Position numbers and translations under genes: made by a program. From Pseudomonadota bacterium (lineage in GTDB: Bacteria; Pseudomonadota; Alphaproteobacteria; Rhodobacterales; Rhodobacteraceae): a stretch of 57,056 bases of DNA. Of the stretch, positions 38,416-48,200 are shown in pieces. Position 1 is the stretch's first letter, and the number at the start of each line of letters is the position of its first letter. The notes beneath the pieces were generated by a model. The model searched no databases and had not been told where the DNA came from. It saw only the letters and a program-made list of their open reading frames with translations. The stretch spans positions 1 through 57,056 of the forward strand of contig JBCCYI010000001.1 of NCBI GenBank assembly GCA_039189975.1, given 5' to 3'.

Positions 38416-39182
38416 GGGGTGTGTCCTTGGTCTGTAGGGGGCGAGAGTTGCGTGATGGCGCGGTCTGCCAAGAGCGTACCGAGCAGGCCGACGAGGTCAA
38501 AGTCGGGAGACTGGTTTGCCGCGCGTTCGGCAGCGGCGCCGATCGGTATTCGGTCCATGATCGCCCGCAAGAACGCCCCGTCTGCCTGTCCCACGCTCTT
38601 GATCTGCGGATCAAAGCCCGGGCGTGTCACAAGAGCGGTTTCCGCGCGCGGCACCGGCTTTGGGCCGCCAGCCATGTTGAATTGCCAGATCTGAACAATC
38701 GGCCAGGCGCTTTCGACCAGATGGAGGCTTGGGGCCAGAGTGAGACGGCTCTCGGCCAGGTCCTCCGGGGGCAGCTGACCGAATAGGGCAGGATCCAAAG
38801 GAGCCGCATCGGCGGCGTGGTAGCTTTGCCGCATGGCCAGCTCGAGGCGTGCCACGTCCGGCAGGTAGCCGTAACTGGCCAATTGTTCAAAGCCCGCCAA
38901 AAACGCGGGAAGGTCCGCGCCCATATGCATCATGAGAGGCGATCTGGGCGGATGCGCCCGGGTGTAGGAGATCGCCAGCATCCGAAATCGCTCCTCGCCG
39001 AGCAGCTTGCGGATAACGGGAAACCCTGTTCCCAACGCTTCGGACAAGGAGGCCACGACGTTGTTGCGGTAGACGTCGAAACGTTTTCCGGCAGGACGCC
39101 CTGCGGGGTCCTGCAAACCCTCGGGCACGGCACGGGTCGGGTCGAGAAGCGACTCGCGGAAGTCTCTCTGGCTGACGGGCAT
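38412..39182 (-). CDS. DUF2063 / HvfC-BufC family MNIO partner protein
   Basis: RFDVYRNNV, FPVIRKLLGEERF, HPPRSP, YLPDVARLE. TAATG overlap with the DUF692 stop. Confidence 0.9.
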   Translation of the reverse strand: MPVSQRDFRESLLDPTRAVPEGLQDPAGRPAGKRFDVYRNNVVASLSEALGTGFPVIRKLLGEERFRMLAISYTRAHPPRSPLMMHMGADLPAFLAGFEQLASYGYLPDVARLELAMRQSYHAADAAPLDPALFGQLPPEDLAESRLTLAPSLHLVESAWPIVQIWQFNMAGGPKPVPRAETALVTRPGFDPQIKSVGQADGAFLRAIMDRIPIGAAAERAANQSPDFDLVGLLGTLLADRAITQLSPPTDQGHTP

Positions 39183-40051
39183 TAGGCCCGTCCTGCGACG
39201 ACTGTCTCGCGCTGCAGGATCTCTGCCGCGCGCGCTGCCTCCTCCGCAAGAACGGGCCATTCCGGCACATCCGTGTCCCACTCAATGAGTGTCGGCCGAG
39301 GGCCGTGGGCCGCGATGACTTCGCGGTAAAGGGTCCACACCGGGTCGACCACCGCGGCGCCGTGGCTGTCGATCAGCAGAGGCGCACCATGCTCGTCGGT
39401 GTCCGCATCATGACCGCCAAGATGGATCTCGCCCACGGCATGCATCGGAAACGCGGACAGGTAGGCGCGCGGGTCGGTCTGCTGGTTGGTCGCTGAGACG
39501 AAGACATTGTTGATGTCGAGCAGCAGGCCGCAGCCCGTCCGCTCCGTCAGGGCGTGCAAAAAGGCCGTTTCCGTCATGTCGCTCTCTGCAAAGTCTAGGT
39601 AGGTGCTCGGGTTTTCGAGCAGCATCCTGCGGCCGACGGTCTCCTGCACCTGGTCGATATGCCGTGCCACGCGGTCGAGTGTAGCCTCGGTGTATGGCAG
39701 CGGCAGCAGATCGTTGAGGAACGCGGTGTCGTGGGTCGACCACGCCAGGTGTTCCGAAAAGCTGGCCGGAGCCACCCACTCGACAAGGCGCTTGAGCCGC
39801 TCCAGGTGATCTGGATCGAGGCCCTGCTCGGCGCCGATCGACAGGCCGACGCCATGCACGGAAATGGGAAAGCGATCGGCGAGAGCGCGGAGTTGCGCGA
39901 TCGGGCGCCCGCCGTCGCCCATGTAATTCTCGGCATGGACCTCAAGCCACTGCACTGGGCCGGGCGAGGACATGACCGCCTCGAAGTGGAGAGCCTTGTA
40001 GCCCACACCAGGGGCGGCGGGCAGGGACGCAATCGAGGTGGTATCGAGCAT
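39182..40051 (-). CDS. DUF692 multinuclear non-heme iron oxidase (MNIO, BufB-like)
   Basis: [47 protein letters not shown]. Confidence 0.95.
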   Translation of the reverse strand: MLDTTSIASLPAAPGVGYKALHFEAVMSSPGPVQWLEVHAENYMGDGGRPIAQLRALADRFPISVHGVGLSIGAEQGLDPDHLERLKRLVEWVAPASFSEHLAWSTHDTAFLNDLLPLPYTEATLDRVARHIDQVQETVGRRMLLENPSTYLDFAESDMTETAFLHALTERTGCGLLLDINNVFVSATNQQTDPRAYLSAFPMHAVGEIHLGGHDADTDEHGAPLLIDSHGAAVVDPVWTLYREVIAAHGPRPTLIEWDTDVPEWPVLAEEAARAAEILQRETVVAGRA

Positions 40052-40079
40052 GTCGAGGGCCGTTTTTTTGGTTGCGGGT

Positions 40080-40111
40080 TGCACCGGCGCATTTCGTTAC
40101 GCGCCGGTGCA
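40080..40111. terminator. 11-bp stem-loop between the precursor and MNIO genes
   Basis: TGCACCGGCGC-N10-GCGCCGGTGCA just after the precursor stop. No U-tract on the minus strand, so it is more likely a stabiliser or attenuator. Confidence 0.55.
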
Positions 40112-40119
40112 CCTCTACG

Positions 40120-40425
40120 TTAGCCGGTTGGCAGGTCGCGATCGAGTTCGTCAAGCGAGCCAACGCGTGCCGTGCCGTCCGCCATGGCGGGAAGATCGAT
40201 TTCGGCGCAGGTGCCTGCCTCGACGAGCGTCCAGGCATTGCCCTGATAATCGACGGTGGAGCTTCCGGCGCAGGTTGTGCCAGGGCCCGCGGCGCAATCG
40301 TTCTCTCCAGCGAGGCTAATACCATAGCACTTTTCCATCGCCTGGGCGCTTGCGGGGGCAGCGGCAAATGTGGTGGCAGCGGCGGCAACGGCACCCATCA
40401 GGGCAAGGGACTTGGTCGTTGACAT
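40120..40425 (-). CDS. DUF2282 / BufA1-type bufferin precursor
   Basis: Signal peptide plus EKCYG..AGENDC......TCAG......QGNAW......GTC (four Cys). AAGGA RBS. Confidence 0.92.
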   Translation of the reverse strand: MSTTKSLALMGAVAAAATTFAAAPASAQAMEKCYGISLAGENDCAAGPGTTCAGSSTVDYQGNAWTLVEAGTCAEIDLPAMADGTARVGSLDELDRDLPTG

Positions 40426-40785
40426 GGAAAGGGTCCTTTCTGGGGACTAGGTGAAAGAGCAACTTCTGGTTCGCCCCGGAATTCCGCAGCGTGCCCAGAA
40501 CATAGACCTACTGGCCCAGCCGGATCTACCAATGCACGGTTGCGCCCACGCGGGCGTGAATTTGGTTGATCGCGGCATCGTGGAGATCGTCTTGAATTAC
40601 ACATCAAAACAATTGGTTAACGGCTGCGCTGTTCAGTGGGCCCAGGCTCACACTTCACGGAGGTTACCTTGGTTTGTTACATTCCGAGCTTTGTGTGGGA
40701 CGCGCTACGCAGCGCTTTCGCCGATTTCAACAGGACATCAGCGCTCCGAGACGTACAGCGATCGCGGATGGTGTCGATCGGGCGC

Positions 40786-41403
40786 CTAGCGGCCGATCTC
40801 GTACCGCTGCGGCATTTCTAGAACCGAAAAAGGCGCGTGGGCCGCGAACTCTTCGTCCGCAGTTGTCTCAGCATGTTCCGCCAAAAGACTGTCGCGCGCA
40901 GCACGCGCCGCGTCGAGGGGCACGATCTCCCAATCGTGCTCAGAGGCCAGTGCGAATGCGCGCGTATGGAGCCGCACCGTGAGCTGTGTTTCGGCCAGTG
41001 CGAGCGCTGCCAAGTCGCGACGTCGTTCGGAAACGGCCTGGATGACCGCCCGCCGCAATGTCTCGGAATAGGTCAGCCGCGCGCGCAGCCGGCATGCGGC
41101 TTTGTCGGCCTCCGCCGTTGTCTTGAGCGGCAAGCGGCGGAGAAGTGCGTGGGTGTTGAAACGGTCGGCGAAAGTCACCCGATGCCTGATCAGCCATTGC
41201 AGTAAGGCACGCTCCAGCGCCATGGCGCATCTCTTGCGCCGCGCAAAGTCGCATTCGGCTGCATCCAGAAGATCTGCACGCGCCTGGCATTCCGCCCGGC
41301 GGGCAACCAGCGTCTCAATGGGTAAACCGCGATCGTAGCTCATGCCGTACTCTGACCTGATCTTTTTTAAGACGGGGTCGAGCCTTACGGGCGAGTGCGG
41401 CAA
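40786..41403 (-). CDS. Hypothetical helical protein (start may be 41343)
   Basis: Longest ORF in the ~1.1-kb gap, with an AT-rich upstream region. No recognisable motif. Confidence 0.4.
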   Translation of the reverse strand: MPHSPVRLDPVLKKIRSEYGMSYDRGLPIETLVARRAECQARADLLDAAECDFARRKRCAMALERALLQWLIRHRVTFADRFNTHALLRRLPLKTTAEADKAACRLRARLTYSETLRRAVIQAVSERRRDLAALALAETQLTVRLHTRAFALASEHDWEIVPLDAARAARDSLLAEHAETTADEEFAAHAPFSVLEMPQRYEIGR

Positions 41404-41590
41404 AAATATGTTAATTGGTTAAAGGATTGCGACTGTGTGCATGTGATCTGGCGATTGTTCCCGTCGCGGTTGCGTTTCGATCAGACGCCCGGCCTTGCCC
41501 AGAGCTGGCTCTCAGGCACGTACCGCAGGGGCACGGTGGGCCAGCCCATGGACCACCTGTGTTACACACAGCGCTCCATGGGCTAGGCCT

Positions 41591-43552
41591 TTACCGCAAG
41601 TCCGGCGGCACCGCCTCACGTGCAAGCTGCGCGACCACTTCGTCTAGCGGAACGGTCTTGGTGTGCTTTTCGCCGAGGCGCCGCACAGTGGCGGTACGTT
41701 CATCGACCTCCCGCATCCCGATTGCGAGAATCACCGGGACCTTGCCCACTGAATGCTCACGTACTTTGTAGTTGATCTTCTCGTTGCGCGTGTCCGCCTC
41801 GGCCCGCAGGCCCTTCGACTGCAGCATCGCGACGGCCTCGTGCACGAAGTCATCCGCGTCCGAAACGATCGACGCCACGACAACCTGCCTCGGCGCAAGC
41901 CAATAGGGCAGCTTGCCCGCATAATTCTCGATCAGAATGCCGAGGAACCGTTCAAAGGAGCCAAGAATAGCGCGGTGTAGCATAACCGGCCTGTGCTTTT
42001 CTCCGTCTGCACCGATGTAGGTCGCATCCAACCGTTCGGGCAGGTTGAAATCCGCCTGGAACGTCCCGCATTGCCACTCCCGCCCAATCGCATCCGTCAG
42101 CTTGAAATCGAGTTTTGGGCCATAGAACGCGCCTTCGCCCGGGTCGACCTCGTAGTCGTCGCGAACGGACAGGATCGCTTTTTCCAGGGCCGCTTCCGCC
42201 TTGTCCCACACCTCGTCCGAGCCGACCCGCGTCTCCGGCCGGGTCGAGAACTTGATGTCGAACTTGCTGAAGCCCAGGTCTTCGTAAATGCTCGAAAGCA
42301 GCCCAATGAACTGCGCGCATTCGTGCTCGATCTGATCCTCGGTGCAGAAGATGTGCGCGTCGTCCTGCGTGAAGCCGCGGACCCGCATCAGCCCGTGCAA
42401 GGCGCCATGTGCTTCGTAGCGGTGGCACGAGCCAAACTCGGCAATCCGAAGCGGCAAGTCGCGGTAGGATTTCAGCCCCTGGTTAAAGACCTGCACATGG
42501 CAGGGGCAATTCATCGGCTTGAGAGCGTTGGTACGCTTTTCGTTGGCGTGCTCCTCGTCGATCTCCGTGATGTACATGTTCTCGCGGTATTTGTCCCAGT
42601 GCCCGGACGCTTCCCAGAGCTTGCGGTCTACAACCTGCGGCGTCCTGATCTCGCGATAGCCTGCCGCGCCGAGGCGCCGCCGCATGTAGTCTTCCAGCGC
42701 GCGATAGATCGTCCAGCCATCGGGGTGCCAAAAGACCATGCCAGGTGCTTCGTCCTGGAAGTGAAAAAGCTCCATCTCACGGCCCAGGCGACGGTGGTCG
42801 CGCTTTTCGGCTTCTTCGAGAAAGGTCAGATGCGCCTTGAGATCCGGCTTGGAGCGGAAAGCAACGCCGTAAATCCGCTGCAACATCGGGCGCGCACTGT
42901 CGCCACGCCAATAGGCGCCGGCGACCTTCATCAGCTTGAAGGCGTCAGCAGGGAGTTGTCCCGTGTTCTGCAGATGGGGGCCGCGGCAGAGATCTTGCCA
43001 GTCGCCATGCCAATACATCCGCAGTGGCTCATCACCCGGAATGCTCTCGATCAACTCGACCTTATAGGGCTCGTTGTTGTCGGTGTAATGCGCGATGGCG
43101 CGAGGCCTGTCCCAAACCTCCGTCCGAACGGGGTCACGCGCTGCGATGATTTCGCGCATCCTCTTTTCAATCGCGCCAAGATCGTCCGGTGTAAACGGCT
43201 CCGCGCGGTCGAAATCGTAGTACCAGCCGTCCTTGATGACCGGCCCGATTGTGACTTTGACATCAGGCCAGATGTCTTGGACCGCGCGTGCCATGACATG
43301 CGCCAGATCATGACGTATCAGCTCGAGGGCCTCCGCCTCGTCCTTCATCGTATGAATGGCAATCGTTGCATCCAGCTCCAGCGGCCAGGCCAGATCCCAG
43401 TGCTGTCCATTGACTGTGGCCGAGATGGCCTTCTTGGCGAGACTGGGAGAAATCGACGCTGCGACGTCGGCGGGCGTCGCTCCGGCCGGAACGCTGCGTG
43501 TTGCGCCATCGGGGAGGGTGAGTGTGATTTGTGGGGAAGGGGTATCGGCCAT
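41591..43552 (-). CDS. thrS: Threonine--tRNA ligase
   Basis: TGS domain, [50 protein letters not shown]. Confidence 0.98.
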   Translation of the reverse strand: MADTPSPQITLTLPDGATRSVPAGATPADVAASISPSLAKKAISATVNGQHWDLAWPLELDATIAIHTMKDEAEALELIRHDLAHVMARAVQDIWPDVKVTIGPVIKDGWYYDFDRAEPFTPDDLGAIEKRMREIIAARDPVRTEVWDRPRAIAHYTDNNEPYKVELIESIPGDEPLRMYWHGDWQDLCRGPHLQNTGQLPADAFKLMKVAGAYWRGDSARPMLQRIYGVAFRSKPDLKAHLTFLEEAEKRDHRRLGREMELFHFQDEAPGMVFWHPDGWTIYRALEDYMRRRLGAAGYREIRTPQVVDRKLWEASGHWDKYRENMYITEIDEEHANEKRTNALKPMNCPCHVQVFNQGLKSYRDLPLRIAEFGSCHRYEAHGALHGLMRVRGFTQDDAHIFCTEDQIEHECAQFIGLLSSIYEDLGFSKFDIKFSTRPETRVGSDEVWDKAEAALEKAILSVRDDYEVDPGEGAFYGPKLDFKLTDAIGREWQCGTFQADFNLPERLDATYIGADGEKHRPVMLHRAILGSFERFLGILIENYAGKLPYWLAPRQVVVASIVSDADDFVHEAVAMLQSKGLRAEADTRNEKINYKVREHSVGKVPVILAIGMREVDERTATVRRLGEKHTKTVPLDEVVAQLAREAVPPDLR

Positions 43553-43710
43553 GGGCGGATCCTCGTCGGTTTGGCGCCTACGCGAGCGCCCGATTGCGGG
43601 TGCGGCGCGTGTGCGAGATCCGATCGCTGAAGTCAACCCAACGCTGGGTAAGCGCACGAATTTTGGTACGAAAATTCGGCCCCGTCGTTCCCTTTCCTGC
43701 CCCTAGTCGC

Positions 43711-45162
43711 TTACCCTAAACGAATGGCGATATTCTTTGTCTGGACATAGTTGAGAAGTGCTTCGCGTCCTTTTTCACGACCGTATCCGGACTTTCCGTA
43801 GCCTCCGAATGGTGTTTCTACACCTCCGGCGAACCACTCATTGACGAAGACTTGCCCCGCTCGGATGCTCTGGGCGGCGCGCATCGCACGGTCGAGATTG
43901 CGCGTGAAGACGCCGCCGACCAGCCCATACTCCGTACCATTCGCAATAGCGACGGCCTCCTCGTCTGAGCCGAACGGAATGACCGACAATACAGGGCCGA
44001 ACACTTCCTGTTGGGCGATCTCCATCTGCGCGGATACACCGGTCAGGACCGTGGGCTCTAGAAAGGCCCCTTCGATGTTGAGCGCCCGTCCGCCTGTTGC
44101 AACTGTCGCCCCTTGCGCCTGCGCGCGTTCGACCATGCCGACGGCCCGATCGCGTTGCCCGGCCGACACCATCGAGCCCATGGTCGGTCCTGCGTCGGTC
44201 CGTTCGAGTCCTGGCCCGACCGACAAGCTCTGGGCAACACCCACCGCGCGCTCGACCAGCTCGTCATGGCGGCTCTCATGGACCAGCACGCGACTCATGG
44301 CGGAGCATACCTGGCCGGCATTGAAGTAGATGCCCCAGCGCAGATCCTTCTCGAAGGCGTCCAGATCAGCGTCATCGTGGACAATCGCGGCGGACTTGCC
44401 CCCAAGTTCGAGAACGCAAGGTACAACATTCCCCGCCGCAGCCGTTGCTATGGCGATCCCCGTCGACACCGAGCCTGTGAATACGATCTGGTTCACATCC
44501 TCATGCCCCGAGAGCGCCGCGCCCGCGACATGACCCAGCCCGCACAGGATATTCACCGCGCCGGCCGGGATCCCGGCCGCTTCTGCCGCGAGCGCAAACC
44601 ACTTTTGCGACAGCGGCGTCATCTCGGGGCTCTTGATCACGCAGGCGTTGCCTGTCGCAAGGCCAGCTGACAGCGAGCGGGCCGTCATCTCGAGGGGATA
44701 ATTCCACGGAATGATCTGCGCGGAGACGCCATAAGGTTCAAGCGATGTAAAATCATAATAGGCCGCGCCAAGGGGGATGGACCGCCCTTCCAGTGTCTCG
44801 GCCTGATTGCCATAATACTCAAAGTAACGCGCTGCGCCCGAGACTTCGATGCGAGCTTCCCAAAGTGGCTTGCCCTGCTCACGCGTCAGGGTCGTGGCGA
44901 TGGCATCGGCGTGCTCAAGGAGGTAGCGCCCCATGGCCTGGACCATGCGTCCGCGTTCCACCGGACGCATGGCGGTCAAAGCGCCGGACAGGTGCACGCG
45001 CTTGGCCGCGCGCACGGCCCGGTCGACATCCGCAGCATCCGCCAGGGCGTGCTCGGCGAGAACTGTTCCCCGGCCGGGGTCAATCACGTCGATCCGCCCC
45101 GCGCCGCCGTCGACCCATGCGCCGTCAATGTAGTTCTGCCAATAGGGTGCGATCTCTGTCAT
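43711..45162 (-). CDS. Aldehyde dehydrogenase
   Basis: IIPWNYP, FTGS, LELGGKS, GQVCSA, EVFGP, PFGGYGKSG. Confidence 0.96.
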   Translation of the reverse strand: MTEIAPYWQNYIDGAWVDGGAGRIDVIDPGRGTVLAEHALADAADVDRAVRAAKRVHLSGALTAMRPVERGRMVQAMGRYLLEHADAIATTLTREQGKPLWEARIEVSGAARYFEYYGNQAETLEGRSIPLGAAYYDFTSLEPYGVSAQIIPWNYPLEMTARSLSAGLATGNACVIKSPEMTPLSQKWFALAAEAAGIPAGAVNILCGLGHVAGAALSGHEDVNQIVFTGSVSTGIAIATAAAGNVVPCVLELGGKSAAIVHDDADLDAFEKDLRWGIYFNAGQVCSAMSRVLVHESRHDELVERAVGVAQSLSVGPGLERTDAGPTMGSMVSAGQRDRAVGMVERAQAQGATVATGGRALNIEGAFLEPTVLTGVSAQMEIAQQEVFGPVLSVIPFGSDEEAVAIANGTEYGLVGGVFTRNLDRAMRAAQSIRAGQVFVNEWFAGGVETPFGGYGKSGYGREKGREALLNYVQTKNIAIRLG

Positions 45163-45283
45163 GGGCTGGGTCCATTCCTGTGTCTCAGCGAGCCGGTATA
45201 CGCGGCATAGACCGACGCGTGCACGTGCTGCCTGCCACGGGCGACAGCCGCTTGTCTCATAGCGTCACACGCGCCTCGCGCGC

Positions 45284-48200
45284 TCAATAATCCCGTTCAA
45301 AGTAGATCCCGAGAGAGGTGTCACCCTCGTTGTCGGCACTGCCTTTGACGGTGACCGTGTCCGTGACGTCGATGTTGATGTTGACCTCGGTCATCCCCCC
45401 GGTCGATGTCGTGACATCGGTGTAGATATTGTCGGTCAGATATTGTCCGATCTGCAGCGCCGCATCCCCCTCGTCATCTGTCACAAGGTTGAAGTCGTCC
45501 ACGCCCAACCCTTCGCGCACGCCACCCAGCAAGCCGACGCCGCCGCGTCCCGTCAGCTGCGCAATGGAATTGGCCAGCTGTGCAGCCTGGAGGGGGGAGA
45601 GATTGGCCAGCCCCTTGTCAAAGAAGAACCGTGCGAGCACTTCGTCCTCAGGCAGTGGCGGAGAGGACGAAAACGAAAACTCCGGCTGGTCGACAGGCCC
45701 TTCGATCAGGATCAGGATGGTAAAGTCATCCGCCTCGTCCGACGTCGCGATCAGCTCCAGGAATGGCACCAGATCACCGCCCAACGTCACGCGTCCGTCT
45801 TCGCTCAGATCAAGACGCTTTCCAAGAATGTCGAGCCTTCCACGGACCACGTTGATCTCACCGACCGGCGCGGGGGTGCGGGTCGTGCCGCCAATGTCGA
45901 AGCTGCCGCCGAGTTCCGCATCAAGACCGCGCCCGCGCACGAAAATGCGCTGCGGCGCGTCGATCCGCAGGTCGAGCCCGAGGATCGTGCTGCCGCGCGT
46001 GCCCCCTCGGGCCTCGCGCGCGATGTTGATCAGCCCGGCACGCTCCCGTGTGGCAAAGACAGCGCCCGGTTCCCCGACGTGCCGGATCAGCGGGATCGCT
46101 CCGCTGAAACCACCGCCAGAGGGAATGCGCAGCTCCGTCTCGCCCAGATTTACACGCCCGCCGATTGTGCCGCCGGTCCCGCGCACGGGGCCGGTCACCG
46201 AGACATCGGCGTTCACGACGGTTTGGTAGAGGCTTGGATCAGCCAGGATCAGGTCATCGGCGACGATGGTTAAATCGGCCGGAAAATCTCCGCTCAGCGT
46301 GATGGGACCCTCTGCCGTGAGGGTGCCGCCTTCCGAACTCCGCGCGCTGGCTTCAAGCGAGACGCGACCATCCGAGAGTGCGGCCTGGACGGCGATGTCG
46401 CCCAGTCCAAGGTTGATCGACGGGATCTGGAATTGTGACCCGGAGGTTGAGACGGTGCCAGACAGAGCGTCGAGCCCCGGCGGGCCATTCAGAGCAAGGT
46501 CGAAGGTGAGCGAACCATCAAGACGCGTGGGGGCGATGAGCCCATTGATCAGGGCAAATGGAGCGTCCCCGCGGATCCGGACATCCGCAGCGTTGCCATC
46601 GGAAGCAACAACGCCCGTGATCGCCGTCGCGGCAGTGACGGGGCCCGCGCTCCGCAGATCCAGCGCCCAGCCATCCGCGCTTTCGGCCACCGAGCCGTCG
46701 AGGGAAATACCCCCTGGCAAGCCGGGAGCGAAGGGGGTCAGGCTCGGCACAAGTGCGGCGATGTCGAGGGCGCCCTGTCCCTGGCCAACCTGCCCATCGA
46801 TCCCGAGTGTTATGCCGTAGGGTGCTGCGGCGTCGACCGTGAGCTGGATCGGCGCGCCTGCGACCTGGCTTGCGGTCACATCCGCGCGCAAAGCACCGGC
46901 ATATTTTGGCAGCAGCACGCCGATATCAGGCAGGCGCAGGCTGGCGCTTGCGTTGGTGTCGCCCGCGCCGACCGTGCCCTGCGCCTCGACCGTGGCGCCG
47001 AAGGGACCCCGGGCGTCAAGGTCCACTGCAAAAGCCCCGGCGTCTGTCTGTTCCGCACGTGCCGTTGCGGTGAGCGGTCCGGAGAGGGCTGGCGCCACTG
47101 GGCCAAGATCTGGGACCGCCACATCGACAGAGGCAACGATGCGGCCGCTGCCGTCGACGCCGCCGCCAAGCTGAGCCTGCGCGGTGACCTGCGACGCATA
47201 GGGGCCATCTATGTTTGCCGTAACGTCAAACCGGCCCGGATCCGTTTGCCGTACCGCTCCGATCGCGGACAGCGCGCCCTCGAGGCCTGGGGCAATCGCA
47301 GACACATCCGGAACGCGTGCGGCATAGCTCAGGCGGATATCCTGCGGCCCGGCTTCGCCTTGCACAGCCGCGCTCGCGGCGTAAGGCAGACCGGCGGACA
47401 GGTCGAGCTGCCACTGGCCGTTGCCCTGCTCCTCGGCACGTCCATCGAGGGCGACGGCGCCCGGTATCCCCGGCACGAAGGCAGCGACATCGGGGACGCG
47501 GGCGGCAACGTCCACGACGCTGGCACCGCCACCGACCTGACCTTCGATTTCCAGATCGACGCCTTCTGGCGCCGTCGCCTCCAGGTCGACCTCCCACAGG
47601 CCAGCGCCCGCCGACGCGGCCTGTCCGCGCAAAGACACAGGACCAGGCACATCGGGGACAAACGGCGCGAGGTCCGGCAGCGCGAGGTCGAGCGTCACGG
47701 CCGTTTGCCGCTGCGCGTCGCCCGTGCCCACAAGACCCGCAACCGAACCCTCTAGGCCATAGGCGCCCTCCAGCGTGACGTCGACATCGAAGAGGCCCGC
47801 CGTCTGTTCCGCAGCGCGGCCCTCCACCGTGAGGGCCCCGGCATAGCGCGGATCGAGAAGGGCGATGTCCTTGAGCGTGGTGGTGAAGGTCAGGTCGCTG
47901 ACGCCGCTGCCGAGGGTGCCGGCACCCGAGGCGGACAGGCCAGTGCTGTCGAGCGCAAAGCTGTCCAGGGAGAGCCCGCCGAGGTCCCGACGCGCGCGCG
48001 CGTCGATTGTAACAGGCCCGTCCAGGAACCGGTCTGCCACCTCCTGGCCGATCGACAGGCGCGTCCCATCGACGTCGAGTGTGACGTCAAAAGTGCCTCC
48101 CAGCACATCGCCCGAACCGGCCAATGCGACGGTGGCGCGCCCCGTCAGCTCCTGCCCTGAGACGCCCGAGAACCGCGACAGGTCTTGCGCGTCCACTTGC

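Noticed and set aside
41993-43630. 545-aa plus-strand ORF
   Set aside because: Antisense shadow of thrS.
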